Under the pieces are notes generated by a model, which was not told where the DNA came from, searched no databases, and saw only the letters and a list, made by a program, of their open reading frames with translations. A program made the translations under genes and the position numbers. A DNA stretch of 22,826 bases from Candidatus Hydrogenedentota bacterium (lineage in GTDB: Bacteria; Hydrogenedentota; Hydrogenedentia; Hydrogenedentales; SLHB01), in NCBI GenBank assembly GCA_034408725.1, contig JAWXCN010000040.1, positions 1-22,826 on the forward strand, read 5' to 3'. Below, in pieces: positions 14,394 to 22,826 of the stretch (its first letter is position 1; the number at the start of each line of letters is the position of its first letter).

Positions 14394-16010
14394 TTATTTT
14401 GGTTTTACGCCGCCCGCGGCGGTCCTTGCCTTGTCCTGTTCGGTCTGGGTCACTTTGGCTTTTTCCGCGTCCTGTACTTTTTGGCCGGACTGATCAAGGA
14501 GGGTCAGTTTTTCCTGCGCCTGCGGACCTGTCAGGTCTTCTGGCACCATTTGCAACAGCGTTGGCACACTCTGATATTGGTCAATTGACTCATCGAACTT
14601 CTTTTCATCCAGCAACCGATCACCGTCCTCAATGCGGTCTGACGCAAGATCAAGCACCGTTGTGATGATGCGGGCGATCTGCCGCTTTGAATCTTCCTTG
14701 CCGGTATCGGCGGCGTCGAACTGTTCCTTGAACTCATCGCCAACCTGTTCAAATACGGTGGTGGCTTTTTTGTATTGCGCGATGGCCTCGGCGTACTGCT
14801 GATCAACCGCGCTTACTTCGGCTTGCTTAACGACCGATTCCGCGGCGGACAGTGTGGCGATGGCAAGCGCGAGACGTTGATCGCGTTCGCTGATTTGAAT
14901 CTGCGTTTCATTGATGAGTTTCGCGGCTTCTTCGCTGGATTGATCGTATTCGAGCGCTTTTGTGAAGTTTTCGAGCGCGTTGGGCAGCGCATCACGCGGT
15001 GCATTGGGTTTTGGCGCTTCGCCCAGGTGGGCTTTGCCCAAGGCCAGGTGGTGCGCAGCCAGTTTTTTCATGATGCGGTTTCGCTCGGGGCCATTCAGGG
15101 CAAGCGCGTTGGACCATTCCTGCACGGCGCGATCGCGGCCCTGGGGGCCGAACGCGTAGAACGCGTCGCCAATGATTTCATAGGCAGCGAGCGAATTAGA
15201 TTTAAGCGCTGCGAACTGGCGATATGCGCGCTCTGCCTCGCGCATGTTCTTTTTGTCGCGCAACTGATAGACGACCTGTTCGGTGGCGTATTGCGTGAGT
15301 GACTTCGTCGAGGGTTTTACGTCGCTGCTATCACCTTCGGGACGCATTACGGTGAACCAGACGTCTGCGACAGCTTCCACCGTCGATTGAAGCATGGTGG
15401 CCCCCGAAGACTTCGCGTACCCGTTGTAGCCTTCGCCCCGGCTGTAGTCGGCGGCCAGAATCGTGCGCGCATCCGCAAACATGCTTTGGCGATCCGAAAG
15501 GTATTGGACCGGGTTGCGAATGTACTCAAGGTGCGGGCTCTTCGTCCGCATCTGATATGACTTTAGGTTTTTGTCGATGTCGCGCTCGACCTGTGCCCGC
15601 AACTGGGCGCCTTGGGCGTCATGCTCGAACGTCAACGGGAAGATTACGTCCGACACCATCGAGGCGAGCACGCCCATGCGGTACGCGAAATAACTTCCAC
15701 CGCTGCCGCGTTTTCTCACGTCGCGCAGAAGCTGAATCTCCGTTCCAATGGCGTGCATCACGTCGCTGTCGCTGTCGAGGTGCCCTCCCAGGTTCAGTAC
15801 GGAGCGGCCCGCGGCGGCGCCGGCCAGAACGTCCCGTTCATAGTTTATATCCACGGTCTTAAACGGGTCCGCGTAGCCTTTGCTTATCACCTGGAACGCG
15901 GTGCCGACGATTGCGCTCTGGGCGGTGGGGCCCCAGGCGTGCGCATGTGGCGCGGCGAAGGCGCACGCGAGCGCGGCCAGGATGGCGATTTTTGTTTTCA
16001 GATGGGGCAT
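14394..16010 (-). CDS. Exported protein: degenerate S1/P1 nuclease-phospholipase C-like N-domain plus TPR-like helical C-terminal half
   Basis: Signal peptide ending AHA|WG; MGVLASMVSDVIFPL; TVEAVADVWFTV; TPR-like AYEIIGDAFYAFG..AVQEWSNALALN, ALENFTKALEYDQSSEEA, QQYAEAIAQYKKA; AGAGG SD. Confidence 0.75.
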   Translation of the reverse strand: MPHLKTKIAILAALACAFAAPHAHAWGPTAQSAIVGTAFQVISKGYADPFKTVDINYERDVLAGAAAGRSVLNLGGHLDSDSDVMHAIGTEIQLLRDVRKRGSGGSYFAYRMGVLASMVSDVIFPLTFEHDAQGAQLRAQVERDIDKNLKSYQMRTKSPHLEYIRNPVQYLSDRQSMFADARTILAADYSRGEGYNGYAKSSGATMLQSTVEAVADVWFTVMRPEGDSSDVKPSTKSLTQYATEQVVYQLRDKKNMREAERAYRQFAALKSNSLAAYEIIGDAFYAFGPQGRDRAVQEWSNALALNGPERNRIMKKLAAHHLALGKAHLGEAPKPNAPRDALPNALENFTKALEYDQSSEEAAKLINETQIQISERDQRLALAIATLSAAESVVKQAEVSAVDQQYAEAIAQYKKATTVFEQVGDEFKEQFDAADTGKEDSKRQIARIITTVLDLASDRIEDGDRLLDEKKFDESIDQYQSVPTLLQMVPEDLTGPQAQEKLTLLDQSGQKVQDAEKAKVTQTEQDKARTAAGGVKPK

Positions 16011-16070
16011 GTTCTACCTCTTTTTCCTCGATTCCCGCGCGACTCCGGGGTACAGTCCAATTGCCGCGAA

Positions 16071-17123
16071 TTAAAAGTACAGTCCATCATACATTGATTC
16101 GTGCGGGTAAAACTCATAGCGTGGCCGGAACTGTGTGTCCGCCCGGCGGTTGCTGCACCACGGAGGGATGTTCACGATTCCCTCATTGGTATATACGTTG
16201 GCGCGAAGGTACTCGACCAACAGCGGTGTAAATGGTGGCTTCAGCCCGTCATCTTTTAACTGCATCCATTCTACATGCCCATCAAGGTACAGCACATTCC
16301 CGCCGAAAGGAACGAAATGGTTCATTACCAGTTCGCCATCAATCGAGACCGCGTCGAACATGACCGGAATCTCAGTGTCCGAAACTGCGCTTGATGACGG
16401 ATTGTTTACGTCCGCAACAAACTGACGATTTACACCGACCGTTGTTCTAAAAAAAGCATCGGTCCCCGCGGCGCCGTGGCCTCCGGGGAAGAACAGGTCG
16501 TCCTTCATAAAATCCATGTCGTCGGTTTCGGCCATGTGGCGGTTGAGTTCGTCCCAGAGGAACATGAGATTCTCCTCGGTGGCGACGGCGTATGGAAGGT
16601 AGATGTAGTATTGACTGGTAATGCATTCGTAGTCGGGGCGTTCGCGGACCATCTTCGAGAGGACACCCGCGTTCCGGGGGTCGTTTTGGACTGCGGGCGA
16701 AATATACTGCGGTAAAAACGATACATCTACAAACGGCTCGAGTGTCGGATCCTGCAATGTGAGGCCGCTCGAGGGGCATTTCAATATCTGGAGGTCCGAG
16801 AGATAATCGGGAAATATATCGCGTGGGTCGAATGTAAAGTTGTTGCGGACGAGTTGGGTATGTTTTTGGCCCACCGGAATCAAGCCCGGATCGCCGAAAA
16901 GATGGTTTGGATGGCCAGGCGGATAACCGTCATTGTGTTCGCCGGCAAACATGAGGAACGTCAATCCAAGTTGTTTAAGATTATTCTGGCAGACGGCGCG
17001 GCGGCCACGTTCGCGCGCGCGCGCGAGCGCCGGCAGCAGCAAGGCCGCCAGAATGGACATGATACTGATCACGACCATCAGTTCAATGAGGGAAAAGCCG
17101 CGCCGGCTGTCACGAGTCCGCAT
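16071..17123 (-). CDS. Prepilin-type N-terminal cleavage/methylation domain protein (DUF1559 / H-Xn-DG type)
   Basis: [72 protein letters not shown]. Confidence 0.92.
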   Translation of the reverse strand: MRTRDSRRGFSLIELMVVISIMSILAALLLPALARARERGRRAVCQNNLKQLGLTFLMFAGEHNDGYPPGHPNHLFGDPGLIPVGQKHTQLVRNNFTFDPRDIFPDYLSDLQILKCPSSGLTLQDPTLEPFVDVSFLPQYISPAVQNDPRNAGVLSKMVRERPDYECITSQYYIYLPYAVATEENLMFLWDELNRHMAETDDMDFMKDDLFFPGGHGAAGTDAFFRTTVGVNRQFVADVNNPSSSAVSDTEIPVMFDAVSIDGELVMNHFVPFGGNVLYLDGHVEWMQLKDDGLKPPFTPLLVEYLRANVYTNEGIVNIPPWCSNRRADTQFRPRYEFYPHESMYDGLYF

Positions 17124-17211
17124 CGTCCACCTAATGGTTTGCCCACACCCCGATGCCGCGCAGTGGAACCGTCGCTGTTGCGCAGCGCATGGCCGACTTT
17201 ACTACAGAAAA

Positions 17212-17241
17212 ACAATAGCATACCTTCTCGGATTTCGTCAA
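17212..17241 (-). promoter_or_regulatory. Putative sigma-70 promoter for the prepilin-like gene
   Basis: TTGACG, 18 nt spacer ending in TGc, TATTGT. Confidence 0.45.
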
Positions 17242-17296
17242 CTGAAGACCACGCATGCCCGCGTTTCCCCGTGGTGAGTAATTTCGCTGAAGGCGC

Positions 17297-17962
17297 TTAC
17301 CGCGTGAATAGAACGTGGTCGGCGACTTCTCGAAGCGAATCATATATCCCCGCCGGCCGCAATTCCTCGAGTTCCGCGCGGGTTTCGTATCCCGTCGTTA
17401 CGCACAGGCAGGCCACCCCCGCGGCGCGTGCGCATTCGACATCGAAGTGGCTGTCGCCGATGAACAGCACTTCGCCGGGCGCAAGCGCAAAAAGTTCAAG
17501 CGCGCGCAGCATTGCATCCGGCGCGGGTTTTGGGCGGGTCACGTCGTCCGGGCCAATGCGCACGTCGAAGTAATGGAGCACGCGCAGGTGTTCAAGAATC
17601 ATCTCGGCGTACAGCCGCCGTTTCGAGGTCGCAAAGCCCAGGCGCAATCCGATGCTGTTTAGCGCATCAAGGGCTTCGCGCGCGCCGGGCATAAGCGACG
17701 TCATGGGGCAGCAAATTTCGGCATAGTGCGATCTGTATATGCGTGCACAATCGCCGGGGTCGTGCCGGGTGAACAGCGCGAACTGTTGTTCCAGCGTGTA
17801 CCCGATGCTCCGGATAATTGCCTCTCGCGCGGGCCGCGGCTCTCCAATTGCATCGAAGGTATGCAAGAATGACTGCACAATCGCGTTTGTGGAATCGATC
17901 AGCGTGCCGTCCAAATCGAAAACGACCGCGCGCACGGTATGCGGTGCGCTATGAAGCGGCAT
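17297..17962 (-). CDS. HAD-superfamily hydrolase subfamily IA (phosphoglycolate phosphatase/PpaX-like)
   Basis: VFDLDGTLIDS, ATSK, KPAPD, FIGDSHFDVECARAAG; overlaps the M20 gene end by 14 nt. Confidence 0.92.
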   Translation of the reverse strand: MPLHSAPHTVRAVVFDLDGTLIDSTNAIVQSFLHTFDAIGEPRPAREAIIRSIGYTLEQQFALFTRHDPGDCARIYRSHYAEICCPMTSLMPGAREALDALNSIGLRLGFATSKRRLYAEMILEHLRVLHYFDVRIGPDDVTRPKPAPDAMLRALELFALAPGEVLFIGDSHFDVECARAAGVACLCVTTGYETRAELEELRPAGIYDSLREVADHVLFTR

Positions 17963-19418
17963 CGAAGTTTCGGATCAACTGCACGTAGAACCGGCAAATC
18001 TCCGCAAAATTCTCGACGCGCATCCGCTCGTTCACGCCGTGGACCATTGCCAAATCATTTCCCTTAAAACGCGCCGGCACAAACCGGTAGACGTTTGGCG
18101 TCACGTCGTAAAAATGACGTGAATCCGTACCGCCCAGCACCAGAAATGGCGCCACGATGACATCGGGGCAAACTTCGCGCACGGTCCGTTCCAAAAGCTT
18201 GTAGCTTGCGGCGTTCACATCGGAAACCGGAGAAGGATCGCGCGGCTCTTTTTCAATGGCCTCGATTTTGACCCGATCATCGGCGATGATTTCGATCAGC
18301 CTTTGCTTCGCGCTGTCCGCCGACTCACCCGGAAGGATTCGGACATTGACCACGGCTTTCGCTTCCGGCGGAAGCACGTTGTCTTTCACCCCGCCGTCGA
18401 TCATCGTCACAGCGGTTGTTGTGCGAACGACGGCATTCGTCTCAGGAGACCCGGACAATAATCGCTCGACAATAGGTCGAAACAACCACAGGTTCGCGAA
18501 CACGATGCGCTGCCCCAGCGGCATTTCTGGGCCTACCGCGGCGAACATTTGTTTCGTTGGTCCCGAAAGGCTTCCGGGGAAAGGATTGTTTTCTATCTTC
18601 GTAATGGCTTCAGCGAGAATGCCAATCGCGCTGTGTTTCGGTGGCGTGGACGAATGGCCGCCTTCGTGATTCGCGGTCAGGGAAAAACTCACATAACCTT
18701 TTTCGGCTATGCCAATGAGCGCGGTAGGCTCGTTGACCCCCGGCATTTTGCCTTCGAGGATTGAGCCACCTTCGTCCACCACGCATTCGGGCGCAATGCC
18801 GCGCTCTTTCATCAGCGCGACGACACCTTGAGCGCCGTTGGGGCCGCCGAGTTCTTCGTCGTGCCCAAAGCTGAGGATGACGGTGCGTTTCGGAGTGAAC
18901 CCCTTCGCAATCAACCATTCAACGGCTTCCATCGCACCGATGACGTTTTGCTTGTCGTCCGCTGCGCCCCTCCCCCAAACCACGCCATCGTGAATCTCAC
19001 CGCCAAATGGGGGATGCGTCCAGTCTTGCTCGGTTCCGGGAGGCACGGGCACGACGTCGAAATGGCCCAACACGACGAGCGGTTTCAAACCCGCATTGGT
19101 TCCCTGCCAGGTATACAGCAGGGTGAATCCACCGACGAGTTCACGTTTTAGCGTGGCGTGCGTTTGGGGATAGGTCGTTTCAAGATAGGCGTGAAACGCT
19201 TCAAAATCGTCTTTGCTCAGCGGCGCGCTGACCCCGAAAGAAATCGTGGGGAACCGGATCGCCGCCCCAAGGTGTTCGGCCGCGGCGCGCGCGTCGACAT
19301 CAATATCAGTGACTGGCGCAGCCTGCACCTGCACCGGCGTCATCATCAATGCGCGCGTCAATACGACGGCCCCAAGCACAACGATGACTAAAAGAACCGC
19401 AAGGATAAATTTCTTCAT
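17949..19418 (-). CDS. M20 family metallopeptidase/amidohydrolase (PM20D1 / carboxypeptidase S-like) with N-terminal membrane anchor or signal
   Basis: MKKFILAVLLVIVVLGAVVL; metal motifs GHFDVV, GRGAADDK, HDEE, DEGG, GGHSSTPP, GGTDSRHF, HGVNER all present; GGAAGGGG SD. Confidence 0.93.
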   Translation of the reverse strand: MKKFILAVLLVIVVLGAVVLTRALMMTPVQVQAAPVTDIDVDARAAAEHLGAAIRFPTISFGVSAPLSKDDFEAFHAYLETTYPQTHATLKRELVGGFTLLYTWQGTNAGLKPLVVLGHFDVVPVPPGTEQDWTHPPFGGEIHDGVVWGRGAADDKQNVIGAMEAVEWLIAKGFTPKRTVILSFGHDEELGGPNGAQGVVALMKERGIAPECVVDEGGSILEGKMPGVNEPTALIGIAEKGYVSFSLTANHEGGHSSTPPKHSAIGILAEAITKIENNPFPGSLSGPTKQMFAAVGPEMPLGQRIVFANLWLFRPIVERLLSGSPETNAVVRTTTAVTMIDGGVKDNVLPPEAKAVVNVRILPGESADSAKQRLIEIIADDRVKIEAIEKEPRDPSPVSDVNAASYKLLERTVREVCPDVIVAPFLVLGGTDSRHFYDVTPNVYRFVPARFKGNDLAMVHGVNERMRVENFAEICRFYVQLIRNFDAAS

Positions 19419-19481
19419 ACGCCCCTTCCCCGGCTGACGTGGGCCATCGTACCAAATTCCCGCTACACGCCGGCGAAAATC

Positions 19482-19812
19482 CGCCTTGGACTGCGGTAGC
19501 GGTAGCTACCGCTTTCACTTCGAGAAACCAGCAGCGCCAAGCAATCATCCGAGGCCTGATATCTCCGACGTTGTTGCGGTAGCGACAGCACCGCTTTTAC
19601 TTTCAGCGCGCAGCGGGGGTTGGTGCCCCGATCCAGACCATTTGCAATCTGAATCGAAAGCGGTAGCTGCGTCCGAAGCGGACTCCGCTACCGCACTCCA
19701 AGGCCGTTTTTGATAGAAGGTTGTTTGGACTGGGGTAGGGGGAGCTCGTAGTGCTGGAGTCTCATGGTATCCGAAGTGAAAGCGGTAGCTACCGCTACCG
19801 CACTCCAAGGCG
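19482..19812. repeat. REP/BIME-like cluster bounded by 41 bp inverted repeats
   Basis: 19482-19522 and 19772-19812 are inverted copies with 1 mismatch (CGCCTTGGASTGCGGTAGCGGTAGCTACCGCTTTCACTTCG); inner related units at 19575-19598 and 19657-19704, and a decayed one near 19726-19740. Confidence 0.9.
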
Positions 19813-22101
19813 CTATTGCGCGGTATCCGGGCCGGGTGTTAGCGCGTCGTATGGGCCGGTTGAGAAACGAAGTATGTCGCGGAAATTGGGCACTGCGGGT
19901 TCGCTGTGCTCGATTCGCCAGACCTCTTCAATTTTCAGCATCGTGAACCATACTTCCCCTGATTCCGACGAGGGAAATGTTGCGTGCATGGAAGCGACCC
20001 GTCCCGACGCGTCGCTAATGGCCGTGCCCGCGAACCTGCAATAGACGAGGACGCGCACTTGTCCCCTTGTGGCCAGGTTCGAAAAGTCCCATTGCCGGAT
20101 TTGGCGCGCCATCGTGCAATGGTTGTAGCGTTCAAAGAACCATTGGTACGCGCGTTTCACGTAATCCGCGCGCCAGCCCTGCGAGTCCTCGTAACTGGGC
20201 GCGTAAAGCTCCATGACGCTCGCGAGATTCTCACCCGTGAACGCCACGTCCAATTGTTCGATGCGCGCGACGATTTCAGTCGCGGCCGGCTTGAATTCAT
20301 CCGCAACAGCTTGAAGATTTGGCCACCAGTCCTGCGCTGTTGGACGGGCCACAGTGGTTGTGATGGACATGCTTCGTGCGGCAGTTACCAGCGGTGTGAT
20401 GACGGCTTCTTCCTCAATCCGGCTGTGGACCATGCTCAGCGCAATGGCATCGCCGTAATTGACCGTGCCTTCGTACGGCTCGCGTTCGTTCGTCAACGCA
20501 GTCACCGCATACGACCAGGACTGCTGCGGGTCCACCCCGTTATCAGTCCAATCGCGTTGCTCGAGTTGATCGGCCACGAGCACGAGCGCGCCGCCGGGGT
20601 GGGCACGCTTGTATACGCGGTAAGTGACGTCGCCTTCACGAAACGGCCAAGACACCGTGACGTTCGTGTCTTGCCGCGTGGCGGTGAAATCCCGAACAGG
20701 GGATGGCGCCTGCGGAAGCACAAACGCCTGTTCCTCATAATGGTTCTCGCGCGTGTGCAAGATAAATGCGCTTCGGCCAATCTGAGTTACAAACGCGGGA
20801 CCCGTGCCATCCGGCACGAGATATTGATCGAGCAGTTGCGTCCATTCGCTGGCTGAGTTTTGCGTATTCGGATCGACAACGCGCGCGAACCCGTCCGTGC
20901 CTCCGAAGGGCGAAAGGATCGGCACCCAATAGTGCGCGCCGGTGTTGGGTACAAGTTCGGGCGTCTGGCCCGCGCGTTCCATGCCATAGGCGCCGCGTAT
21001 GAGCAATCCTTCGCCGTAGACGCCATCGATGTCGCGAAGGTTGACTTGCATCTCGAGCGGTGTGTTCGCCGCATCCATTTGATATGCAACCAGCGCCTTT
21101 TTTGCGACCAGTTCTTTGCGCGGGATCAATCCGAGATCGATGATTTCGCGCAGGGTGGGCGCGATGGCGCTCTCCCAGGACAACGCGCGATCTCCGGTCC
21201 AAAGGTCGCGCGGTTCGTCGAACGCATAAACAGTCGCGCCCGCCATTGCGCCGTTGAGGATCATCGTGCGGTAGAAATGCGCCGGCATCGCGACATCCGC
21301 CGGCGGCGTGCCGTACACGCCGGGTTCGATGAACCGCGCCGCGGAATACCATTCAGGACTGCATTCCACGCCCCAGTGCGCCGCCGCGTTTTGCAGCCAC
21401 AGTCCCATCATCATGCCCTGCTGCGCCAGCGTATCGTCACCGTCGAGTCCCGTAATCGGAAACACGTACGCGGACGATGCGCGCAAAGTCTCAAAAAAGG
21501 ACCGGCTCCAGGTATTCGCAAGTGCGTGCGGCCACGCGTGCGCGCCGAGCCGGAGCATGGTGAACCGGCCATTCTTTGCCGCCGCGTCAATCGCCGCAAG
21601 CAGCCAACGCACCTGCGGCGGCGCGCCAAACGCATCGCCTCCTCCAAACGCGTAATAGTCATTGAACGAAATATCGGCAACCCACACCCCCTTCACACAG
21701 GGATAATCGAAAAGCAGGCGCTCGATGGATTCGATAGGCTGAAGGGTCCGCGGATCGTCCGTCCCTATGACGATCACGACCGGAATATCCAAGGATTGTA
21801 CGCCAGACAAAATGCCCTGGTATCGCGCATGCCGCGCCGCGGCGTCAGGCGCCGCAGCGTCGATCCGTAGGATGCTGTAGGGTTTTAGCGGTTCTGGCAG
21901 CGCGGACCATGTCTCCGCAATTCGCTGCACATATGCCCCGGCCTCGTCGTTACCCGCGGGATGCGCCTGAAAAACCAACAGTGGCCGGTCATTGCTGACT
22001 TCAAGCGTAAGGGGCAAATAGTTCTGTGCCCCGGCCGAGCCCGCCCACACGACGACCATGACGCACAAGACGCCCTGATTTATCCACCGACCACCCCTCA
22101 T
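19813..22101 (-). CDS. Exported multidomain protein: GH98-like domain, FN3 domain, C-terminal NTF2/SnoaL-like domain
   Basis: Signal ..VVVWAGSAGA|Q; GH98-like SNDRPLL, AAKNG, MMGLWLQN..WGV, AGATVYAFDEP, IPRKELV, NTGAHYWVP; FN3 PSPVRDFTAT..VTVSW..YRVYKR..WTD..SYAVTAL; SnoaL-like AFTGENLASVMELYAPSY..VWRI. ATG 22101 preferred over TTG 22152. Confidence 0.8.
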   Translation of the reverse strand: MRGGRWINQGVLCVMVVVWAGSAGAQNYLPLTLEVSNDRPLLVFQAHPAGNDEAGAYVQRIAETWSALPEPLKPYSILRIDAAAPDAAARHARYQGILSGVQSLDIPVVIVIGTDDPRTLQPIESIERLLFDYPCVKGVWVADISFNDYYAFGGGDAFGAPPQVRWLLAAIDAAAKNGRFTMLRLGAHAWPHALANTWSRSFFETLRASSAYVFPITGLDGDDTLAQQGMMMGLWLQNAAAHWGVECSPEWYSAARFIEPGVYGTPPADVAMPAHFYRTMILNGAMAGATVYAFDEPRDLWTGDRALSWESAIAPTLREIIDLGLIPRKELVAKKALVAYQMDAANTPLEMQVNLRDIDGVYGEGLLIRGAYGMERAGQTPELVPNTGAHYWVPILSPFGGTDGFARVVDPNTQNSASEWTQLLDQYLVPDGTGPAFVTQIGRSAFILHTRENHYEEQAFVLPQAPSPVRDFTATRQDTNVTVSWPFREGDVTYRVYKRAHPGGALVLVADQLEQRDWTDNGVDPQQSWSYAVTALTNEREPYEGTVNYGDAIALSMVHSRIEEEAVITPLVTAARSMSITTTVARPTAQDWWPNLQAVADEFKPAATEIVARIEQLDVAFTGENLASVMELYAPSYEDSQGWRADYVKRAYQWFFERYNHCTMARQIRQWDFSNLATRGQVRVLVYCRFAGTAISDASGRVASMHATFPSSESGEVWFTMLKIEEVWRIEHSEPAVPNFRDILRFSTGPYDALTPGPDTAQ

Positions 22102-22108
22102 GGCGAAG

Positions 22109-22137
22109 ATAGTACTGATCCGGCAATAATATTGCAA
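22109..22137 (-). promoter_or_regulatory. Sigma-70 promoter predicting a leaderless mRNA
   Basis: TTGCAA, 17 nt spacer, TACTAT, 7 nt, then ATG 22101; no SD. Confidence 0.6.
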
Positions 22138-22523
22138 GTTATTGTACGGCAAACAGTTAAGTTCCTTCGACTTTATAGGAACACGTTGTCCATTGTTTAT
22201 CCTGGGATTCCTATCCCCTTAAAGCGATTTAAGATGCAGGTGCGGATCCCGTTTATGAGGGCCGGCGCTAACCATGCCGTATTCAATTGACAACAAAGTT
22301 GAGAAAGCGTGCATCTCCCTCTCGTGATTACGGTTGGGCTAGGTTTATAGTTTCTGTGGTACACTTTTATCGTACTCTGTAAGCGGCGGCGTGCTCACTC
22401 CCGCTGCTGGATGCGCCGGCCCACGAAAGTTGCAGGTGGGCGGTGCGACACTTGGGTTGCAATATTGAACTGAGGGCTGCGCGACAAGGCTTGGGACCGG
22501 CTTGCGCAGTCGTGGGCTAAGCG

Positions 22524-22826
22524 ATGGCGCACGAAAAAGATCGGCGCGCGTCCGTGCGGTCTGGCACGGCGCGGCAGGCGATGTTTCTGGCGGTCGATGG
22601 ATCGACCCTGCTTCAGGCAGGAGCCGTGCTCGATCTTAGCCGGGATGGGCTTAGTCTCGTCACGAGGCAACCGCCGACCGCCGGCACGATCGTTGAAATC
22701 GAGATCACCGCGCGCGAGGATGCGCAACAATCGCAACCCATCATCACCCGCGGCCGCGTCGTGCGCGTGGATGAGATTGGTGACGGCGAATATATTGTGG
22801 GTGTTAAGCTGCGGTTTCGTCCACAG
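22524..22826 (+). CDS. PilZ domain (c-di-GMP receptor) protein, partial
   Basis: Manual translation MAHEKDRRASVRSG...GAVLDLSRDGLSLVTRQPPTAGTIVEIEI...RGRVVRVDEIGDGEYIVGVKLRFRPQ, containing RxxxR and DxSxxG; in-frame TAA at 22518 fixes the start; runs off the window. Confidence 0.88.
   Translation, partial: MAHEKDRRASVRSGTARQAMFLAVDGSTLLQAGAVLDLSRDGLSLVTRQPPTAGTIVEIEITAREDAQQSQPIITRGRVVRVDEIGDGEYIVGVKLRFRPQ

Noticed and set aside
19482-19812. CRISPR array, or the small ORFs 19486-19713 and 19545-19808
   Set aside because: The repeats are inverted and nested rather than direct with regular spacers, no cas genes are present, and the ORFs are translations of the repeat.
22395-22736. Minus-strand 113 aa ORF
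   Set aside because: Antisense to the PilZ frame, which carries both diagnostic motifs.

Overview
GC-rich bacterial chromosomal window using the standard genetic code. The gene style (prepilin-like/DUF1559-type protein, FG-GAP protein, sodium:solute symporters) suggests a Hydrogenedentota- or PVC-like organism, which is inference only. Left to right: a minus-strand block (two SSS transporters, hemF, an FG-GAP repeat protein, and a penicillin-acylase-family gene that runs off the left edge and is absent from the ORF track); a divergent Gfo/Idh/MocA oxidoreductase; an orphan promoter-to-terminator unit of about 175 nt (candidate ncRNA or attenuator); rmlD-rmlB; an extended SDR; a membrane-anchored Hsp20 behind a sigma-54-type promoter; a minus-strand block (GH98-like/FN3/SnoaL-like protein, M20 peptidase, HAD hydrolase, prepilin-like protein, P1/PLC-like TPR protein); and a partial PilZ gene at the right edge, also absent from the ORF track. 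The main observation is that three exported proteins with hydrolase folds (Ntn acylase, S1/P1-PLC, GH98) have intact reading frames but substituted catalytic residues, so they are candidate pseudoenzymes. Several unrelated REP-like mini-repeats lie in or next to intergenic regions. No transposase, integrase, CRISPR array, rRNA, tRNA or recognisable defence system was seen. Family assignments come from remembered motifs, not from database searches.
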